The position numbers and the translations under genes are program-made. DNA of 64,000 nt from Dictyostelium discoideum. Its lineage: Eukaryota. The stretch spans positions 2,912,001-2,976,000 of the forward strand of contig CM000154.2 in NCBI GenBank assembly GCA_000004695.1, in the 5' to 3' direction. Positions 37,227-49,018 of this stretch are shown here, one piece after another (the stretch's first letter is position 1; each line of letters begins with the position of its first letter). The notes below the pieces were generated by a model. The model was not told where the DNA came from, searched no databases, and saw only the letters and a list, made by a program, of their open reading frames with translations.

Positions 37227-38025
37227 TGATATTTATCTGTATATTCAAGGTCTTAATACTTCTCTTTGAATATTACATTGAAAATAAAAAAATAAAAAAG
37301 TGAAAAAAAAAAAAAAATATTCCCCCAATTAGACACATAAAAAAAGAAAAAAAAAAAAAAAAAAATAAAATAAAATAATTATTTATTTTTTTTTATTTTT
37401 TTTATGTTTTTTTTTCTTTTATAAATTGATTTTTTTTTAAATACAAATTTAGTGTATAAAAATAGGGTATTCAAAAATACATAAAATGATATTAAATATA
37501 AAAAAAATGAATGTAACCATTATTATTTTTTAGTTTTTTTTTTTTTTTTTTTTTATATAATTATTTTTGATGTATAGTCCTTTAATTTCAGAATTTAATC
37601 ATTTGGCATTCATTTTTTGTAATTATTATTTTTATTTGAAGAACAATGAGAAGAAAATAAATTTTATATAAAAAATAGATTTACAAAATAAAAAACAGAA
37701 TATTTATTTTAAAATAACTAATTTAAAAATCCATATTTAATTCATTTATTTTTTTGATTTAAAAATTAATATAAATAAAAAAAATAATAAATAAATAAAA
37801 ATGGTAATATATTAAAAAAATAAAAAATTCAGAAATTAAATTACAAAATAAAATATTTGATTAAAAAAATAAAAAAAATTCCAAAAAAAAAAAAATAAAT
37901 ATTCCAAAAATCGTAAAGTTTAAATTCATTTTTTTTATATTATATATAATTTTGTGTATTTTTGAGTGTAAAAATATTATGATAATTTTAAATATGGATT
38001 TAATATTTAAAATTAAATCATTATT

Positions 38026-38059
<34 letters not shown>

Positions 38060-38542
38060 AATATATTTTTTTTTTTTAATTGTCAAATTATTGGACTATA
38101 CATCAAAAATAATTAGTAATAATAGCAATTAATATTTCAAATAAATCAAAAGGATATAAAAAACAAATATTAATTTAAATAATTAAACTATTTATTTATA
38201 AAATAATTCATTTTTTTTAACAATAATTATAATAAAAAATAATAATTATAATAAACCTAGAGCATTGACAAAATCTTTTAAATTATTTCATTTTACAAAA
38301 AAAAAAAAACAAAAAATCGAATTAATGATTGGTTCAAGAATACTATAAAAAAGAGTAACAATGTAAAAATGAAATACAAAAAAAAAAAAAAAAAAAAAAA
38401 ATTTTAATTCAAGGTTACAATTACAATCAAATATAAAATAATTAAAATAAATTAAAAACAATACATCTTAAAAAAAAAAAAAAAAAAAATATAAAATAAT
38501 TAAAAAAAATTAAAAACAATAATAATATAATTTATTTTTTTG

Positions 38543-38580
<38 letters not shown>

Positions 38581-39236
38581 AACTTATTTGATTAACATAA
38601 CAATAAGTTGTTGTTATAGTACAATATTAACATTGAGATTTATGGAGATTACACCTAACAATAATAATTTTTCTTTATTTTTAATTTTTTTTTTTTGCTT
38701 TTTGTTTTTTTTTTTTTTTTTTTCTTGGGGGGGTAATGATTAAAAATAGAAAAATTGAAGGGTAGAGAAAAGTGAAAAAAAAATTTATAATTAACACACT
38801 AATTTTTTTTCCTTTTAAGTTATCACCACTAGTAGTCAAAAAAATTTTATATAACAATCCACCTAAAATACACAATATGGTGTAACTAATTTTATTAGAA
38901 ACTACCCAAATTCAAAATTTAGGTATGTAGTGTTTTTTTTTTGTTTATTATTTTGAGTTAAATAGTATGATGTTCTATTTTCTTTGTGTTTATATAATTT
39001 TTTTTTTTAAAAAAAAAAATAATAATTTTTTTTTTAATTATTATTATTATTTTTTTTATTTTTTTTTTTTTTTACACTTTTTTTTTTTTTTTTTTATTCA
39101 TTTATTTTTTATCAAATTTATTTTTCTCATTTTTCAATACCAATATATTATTATTATTTTTTTATTTATAATTTGTATAAAAAATAAAAAATAATTATAA
39201 TAAATATAACAATCTATTAAAATTTATAAAAAAAAT

Positions 39237-42166
39237 GAATATAAAATATTTATCATTTTTATTTATATTATTCATTTTACCAATATGGTGTGAAGTTAAA
39301 GTTGAAAGTAAGTATTTTTTTTTTTTTTTTTATACAAATGATTTAAAAATATTAATTTTTTTTTTTTTTTTTTTTTATAAAAAAAATAGATTTTTATAAT
39401 AATGAAACAACTATTGTATTTGAATATAATTTAAATGATGAATATTTTACAAAATGGTTTTATTTTGATAATAATTATTTTGCCATATTCTCATGTTTTG
39501 ACAATTCAACAAATAGAATTTGTGAATTTTTACCAAGTATTTCAGATATGGATAAATTATATAGTAATAAAATTTTTTATTGTTCGATTAATCCATCATC
39601 ATCATCAGTAGAGGAATGTAATAATAGTATTTTAAAACCATCATTTTATCCAACACCAATTATATCGAAAGATTTTAAACCTCCAACAAAAGGTGGTCAA
39701 GTAGTTATTAAAGGATCATTTTTAATAAGCAGTGGTCACAAATTTCCAACACAATATGGTGATGTTAAAGTTGAAATTCCAAATTCAGGTTTAATAAATC
39801 CAACAAACATTACAATTAAATCATTTCCATTTGGATGTGGTGAACAAACAATTCGATATTATAATAATAAATTATTTAAATTTCAATATTCAAATCCAAT
39901 CCTATATTCAATATCAATTGAAAAAATAAATGAATATTCAAAAATTAAATTAATTATTAATGGTGATAATTTTTGTACAATTAGTGATAATGTTTCATTG
40001 TCAATTGGAAAATTAAATGGATTACAATTTAATTGGGAAAATAATAATAATAATAATATAATTTCAATTGAATATGATCAAATTTATTCTGGATTATATA
40101 ATGTATCATTAAATGCAAATGGATTAATTTCAAATAATTTATTATTAACGTTTAATCCAGAAATTAAAAGTGTAACATCCGTTCCAAAATCATTAGGAGG
40201 TATTATTACAATTAGAGGTAATAGATTAATATCAGAAAATGGTATGAATGATACTATTGTATCATTTGTTGGTAATCGAGAATTTGATTGTTTAATGATT
40301 TCAAATTCTGAATCCATTATTGAATGTAATCTTCTAAAAGTTGTTTTATTATTTTACGCATATTTTAATATAAATTTAATAGTTGGTGGTCAAAAACAAT
40401 TAGATGGAACAATTAAATTTGAGTTTGATAAACCATATATTAGTGGTAAATCATTAACAGGAATGAATTTAACATTATTTGGTGAAATGTTTATGAATCC
40501 CCATGTTTTTATAAATGGTATTGAATTAAATAATAATTTAACTATCTCTTTTAGTTCAACAGAATTTAAGTTCACATTACCAAATGATTTTAAAAAAGGA
40601 TCGATATTTCTTCGAAATTCTAAAAATGCTGCAGATTCAAATACAATAATATTTGAAAAATCATTTAATATTGAATCAATTGGATACTCAACAACTAGAG
40701 GTCAATTATTATCATTTCAATTTAACAATATTTTAAATGAAAATTTAAATTTAATACCAACTTTAACCTATAATTCAAGTCAATTAATTTTTAATGAACC
40801 ATTATCAACAATATTTAATAAAACAAATGGTGATTTTAAATTTGAAGTACCAATGGGTTGTGGTTCAAATAGTCCAATTCAAGGTATAATTGGTAATCAA
40901 ATTGCAAATTCAACATTTTCATATTTTGAACCAATTATTTTAAGATGTCTAACTGATGATTTTTTAATAATTTGTTATGGTTTTAATTTTGGTAGTTTAT
41001 CAATGATCAATAGTGATGATAGTGATAATAATAATAATAATAATAATAATAATATTAAAATTAATTTTTTAAATCAAATCTATACAAATAATAATATTAG
41101 TAAATTAGATCATGAAAAATTTGTTATACCATTAAAATCAAATAATCTTTATAATGGTAATATTTCAATCACTGTTTGTGGTTTAACTTCAAATTATTAT
41201 CAACTTTATTTTAAATCATCAATTAAAAATGAAGCTCGATTATTTAACCAATATTTTAAATCAAATGGTGGTGATTTAATAATTAATGGTCATAACTTCA
41301 TTTATAATAAAAGTAATTTCACATATTTACTTTGTGATGATGATGATGAATATTATAATCAAATTAAATATAATTGTAATTTTATAGATAATACATTTTA
41401 TAATTGTCCAATTAATATTATTGGGCCATTTGATAGAAAATGTATATTAAATTTCCAAAATGAAAAAATGTTTAATATAAAAATCAATTATTTATCACCA
41501 ACAGTTAATAATGTTATTTTAAATAATTTAACAATTACTGGTGGTTTAATAACTATAAATGGAAGTGATTTTTATAACCTTACAACTTTTATTGAAATTG
41601 GTAATTTAAATTGTTATAATGTTACTTTTATAAATTCAAATCAATTAAATTGCAATTTAATTACAAATAATATTTCACAACATTTAATAAGTAATAATTT
41701 ATATTATGTTAATATTTCAATTTTTAGTGGCACAAATAATAATTTAGATTTAATTAAAAATAGTAGTACTTTAATATTTAAATATGATAATTTATTAGGA
41801 AATTCAAATAGTAATAATAGTAATAATAATAATAATGGTGATGGTAGTCATGGTGATGATGGTGGTGATGGTGGGGGTGGTGATGGTGATGGTGATGGTG
41901 ATGGTGGTTCCAGTAAATTAAAATGGTTAATACCAACTATTATATGTCCAGTTATTTTTGTTGTAATGGTTATCTTTATTGGGCCTGAACTATTTAGAAG
42001 ATTCTATACCTATCCACCTCCAAAACCACCATTACCTGAACCAGGTTTTCAAAGAAGACCTTATGATCCTCCGAATTTAAATAACAGATTATATGAAAAT
42101 ACCATAACTCGATATGATAATGATCCTGATAATCTACAATTATCATTTGTTCCAATTCAACCTTAA
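39237..42166 (+). CDS. Type-I membrane glycoprotein with IPT/TIG-like repeats. It has a signal peptide, a GD-repeat stalk, a TM helix and a Pro-rich cytoplasmic tail. Tgr (tiger) family-like, about 948 aa. 2 exons: 39237..39309, 39390..42166.
   Basis: Exon 1 MNIKYLSFLFILFILPIWCEVKVE|GTAAGT is a signal peptide. The acceptor aaaaaaatag|AT at 39388-39389 (phase 1) joins to NFYNNETTIVFEY… in frame with track ORF 39548..42166. There are many NxS/T sequons. IPT/TIG-like segments (…IKSVTSVPKSLGGIITIRGNRLISENGMNDTIVSFVGNREFDCLMISNSESIIECNL…). C-terminus GDGSHGDDGGDGGGGDGDGDGDGG then TM WLIPTIICPVIFVVMVIFIG then RRFYTYPPPKPPLPEPGF. Confidence 0.7.
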
Positions 42167-42489
42167 TTCTAGCGAAGAAGAAGAAAAAAGAAAAAAAAAA
42201 AAAAAAATATATTTAATAATAACCTGTAAATAAAATAAACTATTTAACTTTTATAATTGTTTTTTTTTTTTTTTTGAATATATTTTTTTTGTTTTTTTAT
42301 TGATACATTTTACAATTTGAGGTTTGAATAAATATTATTTAATATCTTTTTTTTTTTTTTTTTCTTTCTTTTCTTAAAAATTTTTTTTTTTCTTTTTCTA
42401 TTTTCTCAATCCTGTTATATATATTTTAATTTTTTTGAAATTAATAAAAATAAATTTATTTTTTTAACTTTTTTTTTTTTTCATATATT

Positions 42490-42953
42490 TTAAAATAGAA
42501 AAAATATACTAACCCATAAGAAGAGCATTCCCACAAATGTTTCATATTGTACATATCCTGAATTTTGTGGATCAGCTTCATAGATCATTTCTTCAATCTT
42601 ATAAAATAAATATAATTTTATTTTATTTTTTTTTTTTTTTTTTTTTTGATTAGTAAGAAAATTGTAATAGGAAATTAAAATTTTAAAAAATGCTTACTTC
42701 ATCAGCTGGCATCATATCACCAAGTTCATTTAAAACTTTTCTTAAATAATCTACAGTTACATAACCATTACCATCACGATCAAAAACTTTGAAAGCTTCT
42801 ATAACTTGTGCCTAAAATAAAAAATAAAAAAATATTTTTAAATAAAAATTAAAATAATTAGAATTGGTAAATGAATTTTGTGTTTTTTTGTTTTTATAAA
42901 AAATTTTGTAATAACTGTGTACTTTTGTATTTATGTGATTCATTATTTATTTA
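42490..42953 (-). CDS. Small 2-EF-hand calmodulin-like protein (about 80 aa; myosin-I light chain MlcB/MlcC-like). 3 exons: join(42953..42933, 42811..42698, 42597..42490). First exon is low confidence.
   Basis: The minus strand encodes AQVIEAFKVFDRDGNGYVTVDYLRKVLNELGDMMPADE|GTAAGC…ttataag|IEEMIYEADPQNSGYVQYETFVGMLFLW…*. These are calmodulin C-lobe-like EF-hands (compare [23 protein letters not shown]…[23 protein letters not shown]). The middle exon is preceded by acceptor ttattttag with an in-frame stop just before it, so an upstream exon is required. The only in-frame candidate is ATGAATCACATAAATACAAAA|GTACAC (MNHINTK), which has a weak donor. The ORF track missed this gene entirely. Confidence 0.55.
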
Positions 42954-43803
42954 TTATTTGTGAAAGTTTGTTATGAAAAATAAAAAAAAAAAAAACTATT
43001 TGGATTTTTTTTTTTTTTTAATTTTTTTTTTTTATTTTGAGCATGTCATGACCCATTTTTTATTTTTATTAGAAAATTATTGATGAATTTTTGGGGTTTT
43101 TTTTTTTTTTTAATTTTTTTTTTATTTTCCAATTTGTTTTATCTTTTAAATAAATAAATCAATTCCAATACCAATTTTTTTTTTTTATATTAAATTTTGT
43201 AATTATTTTATTTATTTATTGTTTTTTTTTATTCAATTTTAATTATTTGTTTTAAAAAATAATTTAACAATCCAATAATTCTTTAATAACACAAACTATG
43301 AAATCAAATTCCAGTCCTTAAAATTCTAAATTACCGGATAATTTTTTTAATAACCTTGCACAATTAATTATGCGTGTTCGATTAATGTTTTTTTTTTTTT
43401 TTTTATACAAAGATTATTTTGGTTTGATTGTATTCCAAATTTTTTTTTTTTTTGAATTGGATAACGCAATTATTATTTGCTTCTCCTTGAGATGCTAGAT
43501 CTCATTTTATTTTATTTTTTTTTTTTTTTTTACAGGGTCTCTAAAAGAGGGGTTAGTTTACTTTTTTTTTTTTTTTTTTTTTTTTGTTTCGAATTTTGAA
43601 TTGTATTATTACTTTTGATTAAAACATCTTTTTTGTCCAAACTTTTTTCTAAATCTTTTTTTATTTTATCGTCTGGTTCGTGATTGATGTTTATGACGTA
43701 TTTGAATTGTTTTTTTTTTAATTGAGTTTTATCCACAATTTCGCTTATTTTTTGTAGGCATTTGTGTTGCTTAATATTTGTGGTGTTGTTTGTGATTTTC
43801 ATT

Positions 43804-43903
43804 NNNNNNNNNNNNNNNNNNNNNNNNNNNNNNNNNNNNNNNNNNNNNNNNNNNNNNNNNNNNNNNNNNNNNNNNNNNNNNNNNNNNNNNNNNNNNNNNN
43901 NNN
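43804..43903. other. Assembly gap (100 N) at the left edge of a tandem repeat array
   Basis: Run of n. Confidence 1.
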
Positions 43904-44640
43904 CAATAAAGTAAAAAGATGGCTTTTTAAGATAGTTTATTTATTTATTTATTTGTTTTTTAAGTCTTTTTTATATGAAAAATGAAATAATCAAAAAAAG
44001 AGATTGTTGTTGTTGTTTGTTTTTTTTCGATCTGATTATTTTTTGCTTTTTTTTGAAAATTTTGCTACGCAAAATTCTCAAAACGAAACAAATAATAAAT
44101 TACAATAAAGTAAAAAGATGGCTTTTTAAGATAGTTTATTTATTTATTTATTTGTTTTTTAAGTCTTTTTTATATGAAAAATGAAATAATCAAAAAAAGA
44201 GATTGTTGTTGTTGTTTGTTTTTTTTCGATCTGATTATTTTTTGCTTTTTTTTGAAAATTTTGCTACGCAAAATTCTCAAAACGAAACAAATAATAAATT
44301 ACAATAAAGTAAAAAGATGGCTTTTTAAGATAGTTTATTTATTTATTTATTTGTTTTTTAAGTCTTTTTTATATGAAAAATGAAATAATCAAAAAAAGAG
44401 ATTGTTGTTGTTGTTTGTTTTTTTTCGATCTGATTATTTTTTGCTTTTTTTTGAAAATTTTGCTACGCAAAATTCTCAAAACGAAACAAATAATAAATTA
44501 CAATAAAGTAAAAAGATGGCTTTTTAAGATAGTTTATTTATTTATTTATTTGTTTTTTAAGTCTTTTTTATATGAAAAATGAAATAATCAAAAAAAGAGA
44601 TTGTTGTTGTTGTTTGTTTTTTTTCGATCTCATTGTATTC
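43904..44640. repeat. Tandem repeat array, 199-bp unit, 3.7 or more copies (left side truncated by gap). The array ends about 40-50 bp upstream of tRNA-Pro.
   Basis: Track ORFs 43975, 44174 and 44373 are identical and spaced 199 nt. Unit: aaaaatgaaataatcaaaaaaagagattgttgttgttgtttgttttttttcgatctgattattttttgcttttttttgaaaattttgctacgcaaaattctcaaaacgaaacaaataataaattacaataaagtaaaaagatggctttttaagatagtttatttatttatttatttgttttttaagtcttttttatatg. The last copy diverges after …ttttttttcgatct. Confidence 0.95.
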
Positions 44641-44679
44641 CAAATAATTTTAAGCGTTCCAAATCCCAAATTTCAAAAT

Positions 44680-44750
44680 GGGAGATTAGTTAAGTGGTAT
44701 AATGCTACCTTTGGGTGGTAGCGTCCTGAGTTCGATTCTCGGATCTCCCC
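44680..44750 (+). tRNA. tRNA-Pro (anticodon UGG), 71 nt without CCA
   Basis: Cloverleaf read by hand:
- Acceptor GGGAGAT/ATCTCCC (7 bp), discriminator C.
- D-arm GTTA-AGTGGTA-TAAT.
- Anticodon stem CTACC/GGTAG with loop TTTGGGT, giving anticodon TGG.
- T-stem CTGAG/CTCGG with loop TTCGATT (B box).
An identical copy lies on the minus strand at 58447..58517. Confidence 0.85.
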
Positions 44751-44781
44751 ATCTTTTAAGATCCGAAACAATAGATTACAT

Positions 44782-44790
44782 GTTCGATTC
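44782..44790 (+). promoter_or_regulatory. Putative external B box (ex-B) downstream of tRNA-Pro
   Basis: GTTCGATTC about 32 bp downstream of the tRNA 3' end, within a 3' flank (atcttttaagatccgaa.caatagat.acatgttcgattcctata) conserved at both tRNA-Pro copies. Extra B boxes downstream of tRNA genes are an established feature of D. discoideum tRNA loci. Confidence 0.5.
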
Positions 44791-44899
44791 CTATATTTAT
44801 TTGGTATTCAAACTCTAATTTTTTAATATTTTAAAAAAAAAAACAAAAAAAATAAAAAAGTTTTTTTGGAGTAATTTAGGGTTGGCAATGTCCCTAGAG

Positions 44900-44932
<33 letters not shown>

Positions 44933-45192
44933 GACCCAAAATGACCTAAAATTTTTTTTTTTGACCCAAGATGACCCAAAATTTTTTAATTTGGCATTAT
45001 TTACTAAAAAAAAAAAAAAAAACTTAAAAAATTAAGAAAAATAAATTTAAAAAAATAGAAAAATTTTGATAAGATATTTTTGTATTCTAAATTTTTGATT
45101 AGTTTTTTTTTTTTTAGGTTTTCTTTTTTTTTTTTTTTTCATCATTTTTTTATATAAAATAAAATTAGATTTATAATTTTTATTCTCAAATC

Positions 45193-45654
45193 ATGATATC
45201 AAATAATAATAATAATAGAATATGTACACTTCATCCAAACAGATTTTTAATGTTTTTTTGTTTGGATTGCCAATTAATTCCATGTTGTGCTCAGTGTACC
45301 TCAGTTTCAGGTGAACATCATGGTCATAAAACTAATGAATAGGATGTGAATCCAAAAATAAATGAAAGAATCGAAGAGGATCAAAAAATATTAAAAGAAT
45401 CAAATGAAAAATTTGATAGAATTAAAACTCAATATGAAACAAATGTGGGAATATTGGAAAGGGAAATTAAAAAAATCCATGATATAGCTTCAATAGTACA
45501 AATAGAGGTCCAGAAAACATTATCGGTAGCTTTTGAAATGAATACATCAATAAATGATAGAATAGCTTTTTCAATCGAGAATGATAATGAAACACTTTCT
45601 AGCGATATGAGTAAAAATATTAGTTTTGATATATTCATTTATATCAGTATTTAA
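45193..45654 (+). pseudogene. B-box-type zinc finger + coiled-coil protein fragment interrupted by an in-frame TAG (pseudogene or sequence error)
   Basis: ATG at 45193 encodes [49 protein letters not shown] (Cys/His spacing B-box-like). TAG follows at about 45340. The same frame then continues DVNPKINERIEEDQKILKESNEKFDRIKTQYETNVGILEREIKKIHDIASIVQIEVQK… with heptad-like coiled-coil character (this is track ORF 45346..45654, whose GTG is mis-called M). A local duplication of agcgatatgagtaaaaatat (45596 and 45815) suggests decay. Confidence 0.4.
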
Positions 45655-45973
45655 ATGAATGGTTCGATTTTCGTATTCTTTTAATTTTTATGAGGAAAGT
45701 GGAATTAATAGTAATAATAATATTAATAATGATAATAATAATAATAATAATGTTAATGGTAGTAATGAAGAGAGAGAAATCCAAATGGCAATTTAACAAT
45801 CTTTTAGAAGTTTCTATAGCGATATGAGTAAAAATATGGTATGAATGTCCAGAAAGTATTCATTATATATCTGATCTACCATCTGTGGGTCTTATATAAT
45901 AAATTTTATTTTTTTCTAATCAATCATTAGATAAATTTGTAATATTTTTACAATACCAAATTAATGTTATTAT

Positions 45974-46018
<45 letters not shown>

Positions 46019-46323
46019 AATAAACAAGATAAATAAAAAAATAATTAAGTTAAATAAAAATAAAAAATAATTAAAATAATCTTTGATCTATTTTTTTTTT
46101 TTTTTTAACCAAATTTATTTATTGGGAATTTAAAATCAGAAAATTTTTCCCCCCCTTTATTAAATTTTTTTTTTTAAAAAAAATTTCCCAAAGGTAAAAA
46201 TATTAATTTTAAAAATTTAAATAATTTTAAAACCCAAAAATTTCAAAAAAAAAAAAAAAATTTTTTTTTTAACAAAAAATTTTTAAAGGTCAATTAATTT
46301 TAATTTTTTTTATTTAATTGGTT

Positions 46324-46366
<43 letters not shown>

Positions 46367-46706
46367 CACCAACCAATTCATCATTTTTTTTATTTGAATT
46401 AATTTATAAAAAATTAAAAAATTGATTTAATTAATTTTTTTTTTTTTATTTTCATTTTTTATTTTTTTTTATTTTTTTTTATTTTTTTTTTTTTTTGTTT
46501 TTATTTTTTTTTTTATTTTTTTATTTTTTTATTTTTTTTTTATTAATTATAACCTTTCACATGATATAGTCGACAATATTTGAAGTCATTCAAATAATTT
46601 TTAATAAACAAAAATAAAATTTAATAAAATAAAATTTATAGAAAACAATATAAAATAAAAACAAAAAACAAAGTAATAAAAATATTAAAAAAAAAAAAAA
46701 AAAGAT

Positions 46707-47311
46707 ATGGGAGGGTCTCAAAGTAAAAAATTAACAAAAAAATGTAAGTTTAGTATATATATATATATATTTATTCACAGCGCAGAATAATAATAATAAC
46801 AATAGTAATATTAATGTGACATATAATAATTTAATAATCACAATTAATATAGTAGAACAAAATGAAATCGATAGAATTCAAAGTTTATTTAATGATATAT
46901 CAGTACCAATAAAATCAGTTAAATCAATTGATAGAGATGGATTTAAAAGATTTCATTTAATTCCAGAACCACTATCCGATAGAATATTCAATTTATTTGA
47001 ACAATCAACAAAAAAAGGTGGATCTATGACTTTTGATGATTTATTATCAGGTTTAGCAGTTTGTGGTAAATCAACTGAAAAAGATAAAGTTAATGGTAAT
47101 TATTATTATTATTTTATAATATCATTATAAATTTTAAAATATATTTACTTTTTTTTTTTCAATTTTTTTTTTATTTTTTTTTTTTATTTAGTTATATTTA
47201 AATTTATAGATATTGATGATGATGGTATAATAACAAAAGAAGAGATATCAGTATTATCAGTTGTTTCATTAGAGAATGCAAATTCTCCAAAAATATTCTC
47301 AAATGGTAAAT

Positions 47312-47377
<66 letters not shown>

Positions 47378-48981
47378 ATTTCGGAATGTTAATATATACA
47401 TATATAAAATAATATTATATAGATGATAATCCATTACTTTTACAAGTTGTAGGTATGGGATTCCCAAAACATAAAGTTAATACAGCATTAAAAGAGACTA
47501 GAAATGGCACAGTTGGTACACCTGGTAGTAATCCTGTTGAAAATATAGTATCTTGGTTATTAGTCAATCAAAGTTCTGTATGTAATAGTATTTTAAAGAT
47601 GATGATGATGATGAGTATATACATATAATTTATTAAAATAATTATTTATAAAATTTAGGAAAGTGATTCAGGTATTGATGAAGAATCAAAGCAACAACAA
47701 CAACCAACATCAGTTAAACCAGATCCAAAATCAATTGAAGAATTAACAATTGGATTAAATTTATCAACTATATTAACAACATTTGAAGGATTATTCGATG
47801 TTTTAGATAAAGAAGGTAGTGGTAAGATTACATTAGCTAAATTTAAGAAATGGGCATCATCAACAAAGAAACCACATGAATTAGATTCATTATTGAAACC
47901 AATAGCTGCATTATATGATAGAGCAATTAAATGGAAATCTGAATCAAATTCATCCTCATCTTCATCAGCATTAAATCAATCAAATGGTAGTGGTAATGAA
48001 CAAGTTGTTGCTGCACCTTCTGTTGAAAGATCAACTTCTCAATCAAGTTTAAATGGACAAACAACAACAACGACACCAACACAATCACCATCAATAACTT
48101 CAACTAATCCACCAAATATAATTAGTAATAGTAATAATACTTCGTCATCTGATTTAAACAATAATATTAATAATAATAATAACAATAATAATACAAATCC
48201 AAAAGAATTAAAAAGATATTCATCAGTTTCAGTTATGGAATCAACGAAAAAAGATAAAGAAAAACAAGAAAAACAAGAAAAAGAAAGAGAGAAACAAGAA
48301 AAAGAAAGAGAAAAACAAGAGAAAAAAGCAGAAAAAGAGAGGGAAAAATTAGAAAAAGAAAAAGAAAAAGATAAAGAAAAGGATACAACAAATACAACAA
48401 CAACCACTACTACTACAGCAGCAACTACAACAACACCAACACCAATTAATTCTAGTAGTAATATAGTTAAATCATCAAGTAATTCATCAATATCAAAAAA
48501 TAATAACAATAGTAATGTTAATGATGGTGATTCATCATTTGATTCAGATAGTGATGATGAAGTTATTAAACCAGCTATTCAAGTGGTTATTAGAGATAAA
48601 CCAATTGAAAGTCAAAAGAGTGAAAATTCATTATTTAATATTGAACCTTCAATTGGTATTGTTAAACCAATGCTTAGTAAAGCTGCTACCTTAAGAACTA
48701 GAGGCAGTAGATCAAATAGAAATACAATGGATCCTGAATTATTCTCTTCACTTCAACCATTAACTCCAACTTCAAAACATACTACTACCACTGCAACTAA
48801 TACAAATACAAATACAAACACATCAACAACTTCACCAAATTTATCATCACCATTATCACCAACACCATCATCACCATTATCACCAACACCCTCAAATAGA
48901 AACCCATTAGGTCACAGTAATACTATTGTATCATCACCACCACCATATGTAACATCACAATCTAATGCAAGTTTCTTTTCA

Positions 48982-49018
<37 letters not shown>

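Noticed and set aside
43975-44582. Three identical 69-aa ORFs (MKNEIIKKRDCCCC…)
   Set aside because: Artefacts of translating successive copies of the 199-bp tandem repeat. Low-complexity and no start context.
43904-44640. Tandem array superficially resembling a repeat-spacer array
   Set aside because: Units are 199 bp and contiguous with no unique spacers. It is a satellite or retroelement-module array, not CRISPR.
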